The notes: generated from the letters alone by a model not told the origin. A DNA stretch of 64,000 bases from Pelagomonas calceolata (GCA_918797485.1 CAKKNE010000005.1:4526001-4590000), one strand, 5' to 3'. Shown: positions 19,942 to 30,544, counted from the first letter of the stretch. Numbers and translations: made by a program.

Positions 19942-22905
19942 ATGGACGAGCTTGCCCGTCTCCAAGGCGCGACGCCGGCGTCGGTCGGCGCCAGCACCGA
20001 CGAAGCGAGCAGGCTGCGCCGGGCCATCCAGGGCGACGGGAGCATGGTCGACGCGGCGGCGCTCGACCGGCTGAAGGACTTTTGCGTCCTGGAGCAGCTG
20101 GCCGAGACGGCGAAGAAGGCCGTCGAGGCCTGCGCAATTCCCGGGGACCAGGCGTGCTACATCTGCTTGGATGATGGCGGGAGCGAGGGTTTGGTGAGGA
20201 TGTGCGCGTGCCGCGGCAATACGGGCGTCGCGCACCTGTCTTGTTTAGTAAAACAAGCACAGCTCGCGACGGAAAAGGACGGCTCCGAGACGGAGTCGAC
20301 CGATAGCGAGGACGACGACTGGCCTTCTGAATTATGGGACACGTGCGGCCTCTGCGAGCAGGAGCACCACGGCCTTTTGAAGTGTGCGCTCGGCTGGGCC
20401 TGCTGGAACACGTACGGGAGCCTGCCGGAGCATCGCGCGACGAGACGGGGCGCTCTGACCATCCTCGGCAACGGCTTGTTAGCAGCATCATATTACGACG
20501 AGGCCCTGGTGGCCTACCAGTGCTGCCTCGTCCACCAACGTCAAGTGGGAGGGAGCGTCGTCGGGCGCTGCTGGAACGGCAATCTGGCCGTGTGCTTCCA
20601 GAAGCTGGGCCGGCACGCCGAAGCGCTGAGTCTACAGCGGGAGGTCTATGCGTTGGGTTTGACCTTAGGTGGGACAATCGAGGAGCGGGCCTACGACGCG
20701 GCTAATTTAGCCGAGTTTTTGGTCGACGCGGGCGAATTCGACGAAGCTAAACAATTCATGCGCGACAAGACGCCGGAAATAAGGGCCAGTCTTGGTGGAG
20801 ACCACTGCGCCGTGCTCGACCTCGAGACGTACTATGGGCGGGGCCTCTTTACGAATCCAGATGCTATGAATGATGATCTGGTCGAGGCTGAAAGTGTACT
20901 AGATGACGTCTTGACACGGTGTCAACGGATCCTAGGGACGGAGCACCCGGACACGCGGCGAGCCAGAGAACTCCTAGATGGCGCTCGAAAAGCGCAGGCC
21001 AACGACGGGGCGCGGCTCAAGAAGCGGTGTGCCGCGCATTTCACGAAAATCCACTCGAATCCCTTGGAGTACTGTGAAAAGAACTGTTTGTTGTACGAGC
21101 AGGGCCGCATCGATCTCGTGTGGAGGGACTGGCAGTTGTTAGGTGACGCGAAGACGAAACAATTGGACCGATGTGTCGGTAAGAGATTAGGATCGGCGTT
21201 TTCATTTAGAAGGGATTTGATCGCTCTCAAGAAGATTTTACTACGTTTGTTCAACGAGGGCCGAAGACTGGAGACGAGTCTGGCTTCATTAGGTTCCTAC
21301 TTTTTTAGGGATGAGAATGCTATACCTAGAGGAGGCCACCGCGACCACGTGTGGAACGCGGCCGAAATACAATATGCCGAGTTGTCGGATGCTTTACATA
21401 AACTGAGAGGTTGTTTAAAAGCCTTACAGGATGCGCGCGACGTGACCAAATCTACTTGCTGTTTACCCCGCGTTCAAGGTGTTGAGAGACAACAACGCCT
21501 TTGTAACTTAGTCAAGGACGGCTGCGCGGCGCGACTGTTGAAGCGCGCAGCAAAGGCCGCGCCGGAACTGAAGTTCGAGCTGCAGGACGCCCATAGGTCA
21601 CTGGTCGAGCACGACGAGGACGACGACGACCGCGTTTCGAGGGAGCCCGCGCGCACCGTCGTGGATGCGTTGGACGCGACGGCCTGCACTCGTGCGGAAC
21701 AAAAGTACGCCCTAGCTGTCGTCGAGTGTCGCGGCGGCCTTAAAGCTCTCTCGATCCACGAACAAATGGTCGTGTACGCGCGGACCCTAAGACACGCCCC
21801 CGAGGTCTTAGAAAGGACCGCCTCTTCTCTAGAAAAGATTGATAGAGACACGAACGCCAAGGCTACATCCCTCGAAACGAATGAGAGCTACCCGTTGTTA
21901 GCGAGGGCGTTGCGAGTACGCAAGGAGCACATCGCGTGCCGCGCGGCGGCGGCAACTTTGAAAGGTGTGCGGCTTTGTTGTGACGCGGCGTTGGCGAACG
22001 ACGGCGGGCCGTTATTTGATGCGGGCGACGACGGGCCCGTCGCGCTTCCACCAAAGTTCAGCGCCGTCGCGGCCGGTGTCGTACGAGCTAGGGAGATTTG
22101 TCAGAGGTACGACTACGAGGCGGATAAACGGGTGAAGGAGGAGGGCTGGCCGCCGCCGAAAGAATCGGGCCGGTGCCGCGTCGCGCGCGTCCACTTGGAT
22201 GGCACGGCGTCTTGTTGGAGATGCAAAGGTTCTACATTTCTCGACGCGTGGTGTCGAGATGGGGTCTGCTGGGGCTGTGCACGGATTACGCGACAAGAGG
22301 GCATGTGCGCGCGGGGCGCGGCGTGTCCTTTACGGAAACGAAGGCAGCGCGGCTTTTGCCACCATGCTAAAAGGTGTGTCGTGTGCGACCAGCACTCGTG
22401 CGAGAAGTGCGCGTTGGTTCGAGGTGATGGTGATGATGTGGCGCGCATCGCGCGGCATCTAGGCAGCGAAGCTTTTGTCATTGTGGATTTTGATAGGACG
22501 CTGTGCTCGACGCGGGCCGGCGCCGACCCGTCAATCATAGGCAAGAAGAAGCCGCCCGTCGCCGACGAAGCTTTAGTCGAGCTCCTCGCCTCCACGAAGC
22601 GCGGCGTCGTGCTCACGCGCAATTCCCATAGAGACGGCATCCGCACGTTTCTGGACGACCGGCACCTCGGCCACGTCGCGGTGCGCTCCGCGAAGCTGGA
22701 GCAGACGTCGAAGGCCGCTATATTAAAAGAGCTCCTCGACGCGCAGGACGCGCGCTTCGCGAATCGGCCGGTTCCCGGCACGCACGGCGTCCGCGCGGTC
22801 TACGCGGACGACGACGTCCACGAGTTGTGTGAGGAGGGCGTCGCGGCGCTCTCGCGGGCGGGGCGCGTGGTGCGCGTGTTGTTCGCGCCCGGTGGGGTTG
22901 GGTAG
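19942..22905 (+). CDS. Chimeric RINGv + TPR + Cys-rich + C-terminal HAD-like protein
   Basis: CYICL..CACRG..AHLSCL (RINGv); TPR helices ending RILGTEHPDT; Cys/His cluster; HAD motifs IVDFDRT and YADDD. Confidence 0.75.
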   Translation: MDELARLQGATPASVGASTDEASRLRRAIQGDGSMVDAAALDRLKDFCVLEQLAETAKKAVEACAIPGDQACYICLDDGGSEGLVRMCACRGNTGVAHLSCLVKQAQLATEKDGSETESTDSEDDDWPSELWDTCGLCEQEHHGLLKCALGWACWNTYGSLPEHRATRRGALTILGNGLLAASYYDEALVAYQCCLVHQRQVGGSVVGRCWNGNLAVCFQKLGRHAEALSLQREVYALGLTLGGTIEERAYDAANLAEFLVDAGEFDEAKQFMRDKTPEIRASLGGDHCAVLDLETYYGRGLFTNPDAMNDDLVEAESVLDDVLTRCQRILGTEHPDTRRARELLDGARKAQANDGARLKKRCAAHFTKIHSNPLEYCEKNCLLYEQGRIDLVWRDWQLLGDAKTKQLDRCVGKRLGSAFSFRRDLIALKKILLRLFNEGRRLETSLASLGSYFFRDENAIPRGGHRDHVWNAAEIQYAELSDALHKLRGCLKALQDARDVTKSTCCLPRVQGVERQQRLCNLVKDGCAARLLKRAAKAAPELKFELQDAHRSLVEHDEDDDDRVSREPARTVVDALDATACTRAEQKYALAVVECRGGLKALSIHEQMVVYARTLRHAPEVLERTASSLEKIDRDTNAKATSLETNESYPLLARALRVRKEHIACRAAAATLKGVRLCCDAALANDGGPLFDAGDDGPVALPPKFSAVAAGVVRAREICQRYDYEADKRVKEEGWPPPKESGRCRVARVHLDGTASCWRCKGSTFLDAWCRDGVCWGCARITRQEGMCARGAACPLRKRRQRGFCHHAKRCVVCDQHSCEKCALVRGDGDDVARIARHLGSEAFVIVDFDRTLCSTRAGADPSIIGKKKPPVADEALVELLASTKRGVVLTRNSHRDGIRTFLDDRHLGHVAVRSAKLEQTSKAAILKELLDAQDARFANRPVPGTHGVRAVYADDDVHELCEEGVAALSRAGRVVRVLFAPGGVG

Positions 22906-22924
22906 TGTTTTGTGGTTTTGTAAT

Positions 22925-23179
22925 TTACGCTGTCCCCTGGCCTTTCGTGTCGTCCGCGCACGCCTCGACGGCCTCCGCGACGGCCTCCTTGTATTTTTTG
23001 TCGGCATAGTATTGCTCCGCGTTTCCGCCGCGGTGTATTTTCTTACAAATCTGCTTGTGGCCGCGGCGCCAGTGGTCATGCTGGCAAGTTTTGTTACAAT
23101 ATCTTGTGTGGCATCTAATACAACGCGGCGCGTCGTGGGCCAGTGGGGCGGCGCAGGCGGCGCAATTTGTGAGGATCAT
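22925..23179 (-). pseudogene. Internally deleted MYND-RINGv-TPR family copy (MYND only)
   Basis: Very similar to the first ~80 aa of 33549..34670, then stops at DDTKGQ-GTA*. Confidence 0.75.
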
Positions 23180-23247
23180 TTTGCGTCGGTTTGGGGTTTT
23201 TGAGGCTCGCGCGGCGTGGTGAGTACTTTTGCTCTATCTACTAAATT

Positions 23248-23270
23248 CTAGTATCTCACAGGCCGCTAGC
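23248..23270 (+). promoter_or_regulatory. 24-bp palindromic intergenic motif (variant)
   Basis: CTAGTATCTCACAGGCCGCTAGC in the divergent spacer 23179/23497. Confidence 0.55.
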
Positions 23271-23496
23271 TCATTGCCTAACTCACCACAGCTGGCCCCT
23301 CCGAGCGGCCAGGAAGGCGATATATATAGTCGTTTGATTACCCAGTTCACTCGGAGTACGCGACCCAGCCGGGCGCGGCCGCGCTGAGTCGCTTCACTCT
23401 TCTAAAAATCTGAGTGCTCTGATCTGATTGACACCTTGACGCGCGGCCGGGCTAAGGATTGTATTGCCGCCTCAATTAGCGCGCGCCGGACCTAAC

Positions 23497-24206
23497 ATGC
23501 TCGAGTGGATCCCCTCGACAACCCCTGGCGGCGCCCCCTACGCCGTCCGACTGGTTACCGCGACGACGGATGAAGCCGCGGCCGCGCGGGTCTCGAGCGA
23601 CGCCCTGCCGACGACGTTTACGGAGGCGGGCATCGACGAGGGCGACATGACGCCCTGGCAGCGCAATTTGGTTAGACATAGCCCTTGGTCAATAGATTCG
23701 GGGGAGAAAGCGCGTTGCGAAGCTGGCGGACCTTGGGCCCCGAGGTCTGCACCATGTCGCTGTCGCTGACCAAAGTCCAAGTCGTCGACGCTGGCCGGCG
23801 ATGGAGGGGCCGCGCGGAGTTCCTCGTCGTCGCGAAGATAGGCTCGTGCCGCGTCGGGCGATGGCGGAGCTTCTCGGATTTCAAGCGCCTCGCGCAGAAG
23901 CTCTGGGACGTCGACGACCGGTTGAGTCGCATCGCCGGCGGCGTCTCGTTGTTCGTGAACGCCCAGCGGTCGTGGGCCTGCGTGCGGCGGCGGCAGCACT
24001 GCTTCCGGAACCTCGACGTCGACTACCTCACGATCAAGGCGTTTCTGCTGGAGCGCTTCCTCCACGACGCGCTCTACGAGGCGCCGACGGCCGAGGTCTT
24101 CAACGAGTTCCTTGACATCAGGCCGGCGCCCGCGGCGCAGGTCTCGTTCGCGTCTTCGTCGCCGTCGCTGCCGCGGTCCGCCGTTTCCGGTTCTCTCTCT
24201 CGGTAA
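23497..24206 (+). CDS. PX-domain-like protein; probable intron 23671-23744
   Basis: RWRSFSDFKRLAQKL..LLERFLHDAL..FNEFL is PX-like; a phase-0 GT..AG intron joins ORFs 23464 and 23685. Confidence 0.6.
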
Positions 24207-24257
24207 ATCCTGTCTTGAGAGCTCCTGTGTTGACGTGGGGGATCTACGGTGCTAGAC

Positions 24258-24281
24258 GCTAGCGTCCTGTAAGACACTAGC
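24258..24281 (-). promoter_or_regulatory. 24-bp palindromic intergenic motif
   Basis: Reverse complement GCTAGTGTCTTACAGGACGCTAGC upstream of the NIFK-like gene. Confidence 0.6.
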
Positions 24282-24513
24282 CAGCGATGAAAAACACACC
24301 GCAGCGTGTTTGACGTCCCAGTGCAAGCAACAAGGCGAGCGAGCGCGTCGCGCACGCATTTTCGCTGTGCACGCAATCTGCAACCACGAGCGTGCATCTC
24401 TGCTACGCACGAGGTCACAAGCAACACCGTCGCTCTCCAGGCTGCAGTGCTGCAAACCCAGCCGCAGCGCTAGCAAACGCTACAAACCAAGCCGCAGCAA
24501 TCAAACTAGCACC

Positions 24514-25386
24514 ATGCCGACCTCCAAGAAGATGCTCGCCAAAGCGAGAGACATCGAGAAGAAGCTCGCGGCGCTCGACGGCCCCGAGTGGGCCTCGGAC
24601 TCAAGTGACGACGAGGCCGCCGCGCCCGCGAAGCCCCAGGCGGCCGCGCCCCCACAAAAACCAGGCAGGAAGCAACAAAAGCCCAAGTCAGAAGAGAGCC
24701 GCACCATTTATATAGGACACGTCCCCCACGGTTTTTATGAAAAAGAAATGGAGGGCTTCTTCTCGCAGTTTGGTGTGGTCACTAACCTCAGATTATCTCG
24801 CTCAAAACGGACGGGCGCCTCGAAGGGTTATGCGTTTATTGAATTTGGGGACGCGGAGACGGCCTCAATAGCGGCAAAGACGATGGACAAGTATCTCATG
24901 CACGGCAAGCAGCTCGTGGCCCACGTCGTGCCGCCCGAGACAGCGAATAGACCGAAGCTGTTCAAGGGGTCGGACAAGCCCTTCCTGCCACGCAAGGGCG
25001 GCAAGGAGCAGCGCGAGCGGTCGGAGGGGCCCAATCCGGCCTCCCTGAAGAAGCGCGAGCAGAAGAAGCGGCAAAGGTTAGCCGAGCAGTTCCCGGGCTA
25101 TGATTATCCCGGGTACACGAATGGCGAGGCGCCTCCCGCCAAGAGGGGCGCCTTCCAGTCGCCGCCGGCGCCGGCGTCGCGGAAAGCTGCTCCATCAAAG
25201 AAGGCCGACGCCGCGCCACCGAAGCAGGCGAAGCCGAAAGATCGGGGACTATTTCAGTCGCCACCGGCGCCGAAGGCGCGGAAGAAGGCGGCCAAGACGC
25301 CCCCGGTCGCGTCCCCGAAGACGACGCCGCGGTCGTCGCTCAAGGAAAAGCTCCTCGCGAAGCGGCGGCGCAATAGTGGGAAGTAA
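24514..25386 (+). CDS. NIFK: Nucleolar RRM protein, NIFK/Nop15-like
   Basis: IYIGHVPHGFYEKEM..FFSQFG..RLSRSKRTGASKGYAFIEF..AKTMDKYLM. Confidence 0.85.
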   Translation: MPTSKKMLAKARDIEKKLAALDGPEWASDSSDDEAAAPAKPQAAAPPQKPGRKQQKPKSEESRTIYIGHVPHGFYEKEMEGFFSQFGVVTNLRLSRSKRTGASKGYAFIEFGDAETASIAAKTMDKYLMHGKQLVAHVVPPETANRPKLFKGSDKPFLPRKGGKEQRERSEGPNPASLKKREQKKRQRLAEQFPGYDYPGYTNGEAPPAKRGAFQSPPAPASRKAAPSKKADAAPPKQAKPKDRGLFQSPPAPKARKKAAKTPPVASPKTTPRSSLKEKLLAKRRRNSGK

Positions 25387-25434
25387 AGAGGGTATCTACG
25401 AGACTTAGAGGAGGGGTACCGGGGGGGACTATGA

Positions 25435-26067
25435 TCACTGGGCGGCGCCGCGCTCGCCCGAAGCGTCGCCTTTGCAGCAGTTCAGCGCGACGGCGTCCTG
25501 GAGCTTCGCGAACCACTCGGGCAGCTTGCTCGACGCCGCCGACGGGAGGAGCGCGGCATCGACGTGGTCGGCGAGCGCCTTGATATCCTCGACGCTGACT
25601 TCGGCAATGGGCGAGCCGCGGTCGGCCGTGATGTCGCTGCAGGGAGACGTATCTGCGGGCGCGGGCGGCGGCGGCGCCTTCTTGCGCGGCGAGACCTTCT
25701 TCGCGAGGGCCTTGACCGGCGACGAGAGCGTCTTGAGCAAGCTTTTCTTCTTGGGCTTCTTGGGCGTCGTGGATTTGGTCATCGTCTGCGGCGTCTCCAC
25801 GGGCGGGCCGGGGACAGGTGTGATCGGCGCGCCCGGGGGAGTGATGGACGTGACGACCGCCGCCGTCGTTTCGGAGGCGCTCTCGAGCTCGGCAGAGATG
25901 TTCTTTTTGGCCACTACCGGTGTCGCGTCCGGCGACGGCGGCGCGCCCACAAAATAATTCTCGCGGCCCGAATTCCGCTTCTCGGCGGCCGCGTCGTCGA
26001 GCTGGTAGAAGTTGGGCTTCCCCGGCGCGCTGTCGGCGCGCTCCCAGTCGGAAGGCCGGCGCGGCAT
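25435..26067 (-). CDS. Hypothetical low-complexity protein
   Basis: 210-aa ORF with coding-like codon use, Pro/Lys/Thr-rich. Confidence 0.55.
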   Translation of the reverse strand: MPRRPSDWERADSAPGKPNFYQLDDAAAEKRNSGRENYFVGAPPSPDATPVVAKKNISAELESASETTAAVVTSITPPGAPITPVPGPPVETPQTMTKSTTPKKPKKKSLLKTLSSPVKALAKKVSPRKKAPPPPAPADTSPCSDITADRGSPIAEVSVEDIKALADHVDAALLPSAASSKLPEWFAKLQDAVALNCCKGDASGERGAAQ

Positions 26068-26491
26068 GGTGTTTACGGTTCAGGCTGTTCTCCTTTTTTT
26101 GGGCGGTTACGCGTACAACCACAGGCCTCTCGCCGGTGAATACGAAGCAATGGCCTTGCGCTCGTCCGACACGCAAGACCGCGACAGCTGGCGGATCCTG
26201 TGCTGGTCGACGAGAGCCCCTACTTTTTGCTGAAAAAAATGCCGCTAAACCTCCGGGTTTTGCTGGTCTGGAACTCGGAAACACGCTCAGCTTTACCGCT
26301 GCGTAAGCGCCTTATATGGAGCTTTCCGTTGGAAAAATATTGGCTCCGCCGGAGACGGCCCGACGACGCGGCGACAGCGACGGCGCGACAGCAAATAAGA
26401 GAACGCATCCCCCTAGGAAAAATATTCGCTACGCTTGGGACGGCCACAACGACGCGGCGACGGGCGCGACAACAACTAAGAGAACGCAATA

Positions 26492-28285
26492 TTAATCCAT
26501 TGACAACCCCGACGTCGCCCCAAACGGCGAAAAGTTCGTCGACAGCCCCGAGGACAGCCCGAGCCCGTCTAGATCCAACCCACCGGGCGCGGGCGGCGCC
26601 GCGTCGAAGATGCCCAGGTCCTGCATCGCCGCGCCTCCATCTAAAGTAATGAACGTGGAAGCCGGGTTCGGCGCCGTATTTTCGGAGACGGGCGGCGGCG
26701 GCGGCGGCTTCGATCGTTTGTCGTCCGTCCGCAGCATCGCGGCCTTGCGTCTTGCGATGGCGTCGACCTTCGCCTGGCGCGCGGCGAGCGCCGCCCTTCT
26801 AGCGTCCTGTTTAACAGCGTCGTCGCTGGCCTTGCACGCTTCATATAGTTTGCGGGATTCGTTTGATGCCTCTTTTTCACCGAGGGCCTCGAAGCACTTG
26901 GCGCATCTATCGTGGGCTTTCGCGTACGTGCCGTCGGCCTCGGCGGAGCTCATGGCCCGTTTCAGGGCCTGCGCATAGAGCACCTCCCGCTGTTTACCTT
27001 CTGACTCTTCAGCGAGCTTCATGAAACATAGCGCGGCGTTCGCGTGGACCGCGGCGAGAGGCCGCGGCTCGTCCGGGTAGAGGGGCATCCTATCAGACGC
27101 AGCTTCACTGGCCACCTTACAGGCTCGATCATAACTCTGCAACGCGCCCTTCCAGTCCTTCCCTTGGAAAGAAGCATTCCCTTGTGCCTTGCTCCCGTCG
27201 AACGCGCTCTTCCTCACCTCAAAGCGCCGCTGGTCCTCGGTAGGCCCGAAGACGGGGCACGGCCTGCCATTTTCAATACATTCTAATAAAGCCTCGACCT
27301 CGTCCTTCGAGGTCGGGAGCGAGAACTCTCCACTCAGAGCAGCCGGCGCGTAGGGGAGCCACTTCCAGGTCACGCCCTCGCCGGCCTTCTGGACCAGCGG
27401 GTGCTTTCGACCCGGAGCGGTCTTCACTTTCACTAATCGATAAGCCTGGGCCGAGAGCATGTCGCCGGTAGGCTTGATCTTCGTGTGCACGACGTCCCCG
27501 AGGTAACACAAGCCCAGCGCGTTTTTGGAGGTGGAGCCCAGAGCTAAGCCCCGCGCCGCGAACACGCAGACGTGCGCGCCGGGCTCGGGCTGGCCGTCTT
27601 CTCTCTTTCTTCTAGCTACGACTGAGGGTAGTAGCGCACATCTCGCGGCGTCGTATCGATCCCGCCATAGAGTAGACCCACATCCGGAAGGATGGTGCTC
27701 CCACCTCTTTTGGAAGCCAGAAGAGGCCTCCAGCCTTCGAGTCCGTTGGCGCAGGTTGTCCAGCGCGCTTCGCAAGGCGTCGGTCCAACTTATCGACCAG
27801 TTTCTGATATCCTTGGATAATACGACCGTTTCGAGCGACGGCGCGTTGTTCGCGTCTTCGGGCGCGAAGTCACAAACTAAAACCACCCCAACATCATAGA
27901 GCGTCGAGTCGTCCTCGCCATGGAGCCCGCAGTACGGTAATACGACGCCCGGCGGCAGCGTCGATTGTTTCTGCCTTATCTTGGACAGGGTCCAGAGCTG
28001 TGGAAGTAATCTACTCTTAGCGTCGTCCCATCCACTCGGAACGTCGGCGGCACCTCCAACATAAGCGCGGCAGGCGCACTCGACGAGCGCGCTCTTCTGC
28101 TGCTCGGTCGGCGCGTTCCCGTAGGCCGCGGCCAGGCGCGCGAACTCCGGCGCCGGCACGAGTCGCGCCTGCTTCTTTGCATTCGTGAAGACGACGCCGC
28201 CGTTCGAGGGCGCGCAGGCTCCCGCGATGCCGTAGGTGTTACTGGTGAGCGCCGCGCTGATGGCGTTGACGAAGGCTTCGGCCAT
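26492..28285 (-). CDS. Protein with DUF1444-like N-terminal region and C-terminal TPR
   Basis: W...ALRSALDNL and DRYDAARCALL; TPR KAQGNASFQGKDWKGALQSY..HANAALCFMKL..YAKAHDR. Confidence 0.7.
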   Translation of the reverse strand: MAEAFVNAISAALTSNTYGIAGACAPSNGGVVFTNAKKQARLVPAPEFARLAAAYGNAPTEQQKSALVECACRAYVGGAADVPSGWDDAKSRLLPQLWTLSKIRQKQSTLPPGVVLPYCGLHGEDDSTLYDVGVVLVCDFAPEDANNAPSLETVVLSKDIRNWSISWTDALRSALDNLRQRTRRLEASSGFQKRWEHHPSGCGSTLWRDRYDAARCALLPSVVARRKREDGQPEPGAHVCVFAARGLALGSTSKNALGLCYLGDVVHTKIKPTGDMLSAQAYRLVKVKTAPGRKHPLVQKAGEGVTWKWLPYAPAALSGEFSLPTSKDEVEALLECIENGRPCPVFGPTEDQRRFEVRKSAFDGSKAQGNASFQGKDWKGALQSYDRACKVASEAASDRMPLYPDEPRPLAAVHANAALCFMKLAEESEGKQREVLYAQALKRAMSSAEADGTYAKAHDRCAKCFEALGEKEASNESRKLYEACKASDDAVKQDARRAALAARQAKVDAIARRKAAMLRTDDKRSKPPPPPPVSENTAPNPASTFITLDGGAAMQDLGIFDAAPPAPGGLDLDGLGLSSGLSTNFSPFGATSGLSMD

Positions 28286-28512
28286 CGCTGCTGCAGTGCA
28301 CGTTGGATTTTTGCGGTGTCGCAGCAGTATTGACGAAGTCTCGATTGCGCTCGGCACCGGTGCGACGCGCGGGGCAGCCTCCGAAATCGGTTGTGCGGCC
28401 TCCATTCGCAGCGGCCACTAGGATGCCGCTAAGGGTCCCGTTTCCGGACCGTTCCCAGGCTCTCCGGCACACCCGCGGCACGAGTATCCCCGGAAGATCA
28501 GCCTTCCTCGAC

Positions 28513-28535
28513 CTAGCGGCCTGTAAGACACTAGC
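28513..28535 (-). promoter_or_regulatory. 24-bp palindromic intergenic motif
   Basis: Reverse complement GCTAGTGTCTTACAGGCCGCTAG in the divergent spacer 28285/28839. Confidence 0.6.
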
Positions 28536-28838
28536 AACCCGAAAAGGCAAGCCCAAAAAAGCAGTCCCATGGGAGGAGGCCTAGTTAGGACTCCTCTACG
28601 GAGTCCTCCCTAGGCTGATTGTAAATACAGTCCAAAACGGGTTTTTGAAAAAAACCCGGTGCCGCTTGCCGTGGGACTGCCAAAAAAGCTGGGGCTCAGC
28701 ATCGCGTAGCTACTGTGATCCGTTTCCTTGATATTCGTCGTCTACGTGCTGTGCTTTCGCGCTGCAGATAGTCTTCGCACGTCGCAAGGCGCCATCTAGC
28801 CACACCACTGCACGCAGCCCCCACAGCAGCGGACCCAT

Positions 28839-29012
28839 ATGGACGCGCTCAAAGCAGCAGCCAAAGGCCAGGCCCTCAAGGTCGCCAAGAAGGCCGGCGA
28901 GGAAGCGCTCAAGAACCCCGAGACTCGTAAAAAAATTGTAGAGCAGGTGAAGAAAGATCCCGCCAAGGCACTCAAGCTCGCGAAGACGCTCTCGAAGACG
29001 CTGTCCAAGTAA
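28839..29012 (+). CDS. 57-aa Lys/Ala-rich helical microprotein (below the ORF-track cutoff)
   Basis: MDALKAAAKGQALKVAKKAGEEALKNPETRKKIVEQVKKDPAKALKLAKTLSKTLSK*; strong C/G third-position bias. Confidence 0.55.
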   Translation: MDALKAAAKGQALKVAKKAGEEALKNPETRKKIVEQVKKDPAKALKLAKTLSKTLSK

Positions 29013-29016
29013 TAAA

Positions 29017-29229
29017 ATGTCGCGCCACACCGGCGCTTTCATCTACACGGGCGCCGGCAAGAAGCACGCCGACGACGCCCCGATCGAACAGAAAATGTGC
29101 AAGAAGGAGGCGTGCGCCATCCAGTGGTGCCTCGCCCGTCGCAACCACAAGGAGGAGTACTGCCGGGACTTCATCGATGCGTGGAGGGCGTGCTGCGACC
29201 GCGCGAAGGCTAGTGAAACGCCTGACTAA
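29017..29229 (+). CDS. CMC4: Twin CX9C mitochondrial intermembrane-space protein, Cmc4-like
   Basis: CKKEACAIQWCL.RRNHKEEYC..FIDAWRACC cysteine spacing. Confidence 0.8.
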   Translation: MSRHTGAFIYTGAGKKHADDAPIEQKMCKKEACAIQWCLARRNHKEEYCRDFIDAWRACCDRAKASETPD

Positions 29230-29236
29230 TAACTGT

Positions 29237-30544
29237 TTACGTGAACCCCAGGAGCATGTTCCTAGCTTCGACGTCCATCTGCTGCGCCCCTAACGATTGG
29301 AGCTTCTCGATCTCTTTCTTTGTCAAAAGTCGCGCCATGCGCGGCGGCGGCACGAGGTCATGCACATCAATCCCGTACCGGTACGCCGTAGACGTCATGT
29401 CGCCCCGTTTTTGCACCTCCTCACAGAAGACCCTCACTTCCCCGCGCGAGCCCCGGTCGCGCGCCATGCACACCGCCTCGATCAATAAAGGCTTGAGGTC
29501 ATAGGCCTCCCAGTTGATCATGGCCAAAAAGTGCTTTTGCCGCCTGTCGCGCCACATGTCCCGTATCAATCGTTTTCGAATTTCCGGTGTTATTCTATCA
29601 ACGTCCCTTCGTTTAGCCCAGGCGTACCACTGCAATGAAGCCAGTTCCTCCGTAGCATGCGTACAGAGACAACGCTGTCTCCACCACCGCTGCGTTCGAA
29701 CCACACAAAAGCAGAGCTTCTTGCAGGCCATGCGAAACCCGTTCTGCGCTTTCAACAACCGAGCCACGTACAATATCGTGGACGCCGCGCGGTGCAGCGT
29801 CCGCGTCTTACACGTCTTATGTAAAAAGCGGATGATCTGGAGCGTGGCCCGCATCCTCTTCAAGTTCGCGCGTTTTCTCCGGTCTCGCGCCAAGGCTTCG
29901 CTTTGTCTCAGGGTCCACAGGCCCGTGACGTACAATCCCAACCATCTGCGGCAGCGCGCGGACCCCTGCGACCGGTTCAAGCGAGAAACGCATTTCGCGA
30001 GCTCTTCGTTTCGTTTTTGTGCTACTTGTTTGTACGCGTGCGACGCCATGTTCCGTCGCGTGATCTCCTGCTGTTCCCGCTCGTTCTTGGTGATGACGGC
30101 CCGTTCCCTCCTTGCTATCGTAGCTCGCCTTGCATCCGCTAGTCGCCTCCTCGTCTCGTCGGGATACTCCACCTCAAGATTCTCCCTTATAAAGTTCCGG
30201 GACGGCTCGTCGACGATCGGCGCGAGCTGGTGCTGCCGCTCGTACTCTTCGAGTCGGTCGATGAGTTCGATGCGACCCGCGTTCGTGCGCATGTAGTTCA
30301 TCTTCGCCTCGACTTGAAACTTCGTGGACCGCTTCTGGAGGTCCGAGGGGCCGTCCTTGGGCTCAGCTACAACGGTCTTAGGGCGCCTTCTTACCTTGGG
30401 CGGAGGTGGCTTCACCTTCGGCGGGCTCCGCAGCTCGACGGCGCGTTTAGGTGGCGGTCCCAGATGATAGACGCCGTCGGCGCCTCGCCTCACAATATGT
30501 TCGTCGCGGCCATGCTTGAGCGTGCGCTGCTCGCTCCAGGCCAT
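29237..30544 (-). CDS. Hypothetical basic coiled-coil protein with IQ-like segments
   Basis: Long ORF; RTQRWWR and AASTIL IQ-like helices. Confidence 0.6.
   Translation of the reverse strand: MAWSEQRTLKHGRDEHIVRRGADGVYHLGPPPKRAVELRSPPKVKPPPPKVRRRPKTVVAEPKDGPSDLQKRSTKFQVEAKMNYMRTNAGRIELIDRLEEYERQHQLAPIVDEPSRNFIRENLEVEYPDETRRRLADARRATIARRERAVITKNEREQQEITRRNMASHAYKQVAQKRNEELAKCVSRLNRSQGSARCRRWLGLYVTGLWTLRQSEALARDRRKRANLKRMRATLQIIRFLHKTCKTRTLHRAASTILYVARLLKAQNGFRMACKKLCFCVVRTQRWWRQRCLCTHATEELASLQWYAWAKRRDVDRITPEIRKRLIRDMWRDRRQKHFLAMINWEAYDLKPLLIEAVCMARDRGSRGEVRVFCEEVQKRGDMTSTAYRYGIDVHDLVPPPRMARLLTKKEIEKLQSLGAQQMDVEARNMLLGFT

Noticed and set aside
23671..23744. PX-gene intron as an introner
   Set aside because: No recognisable TIR or TSD; treated as an ordinary intron.
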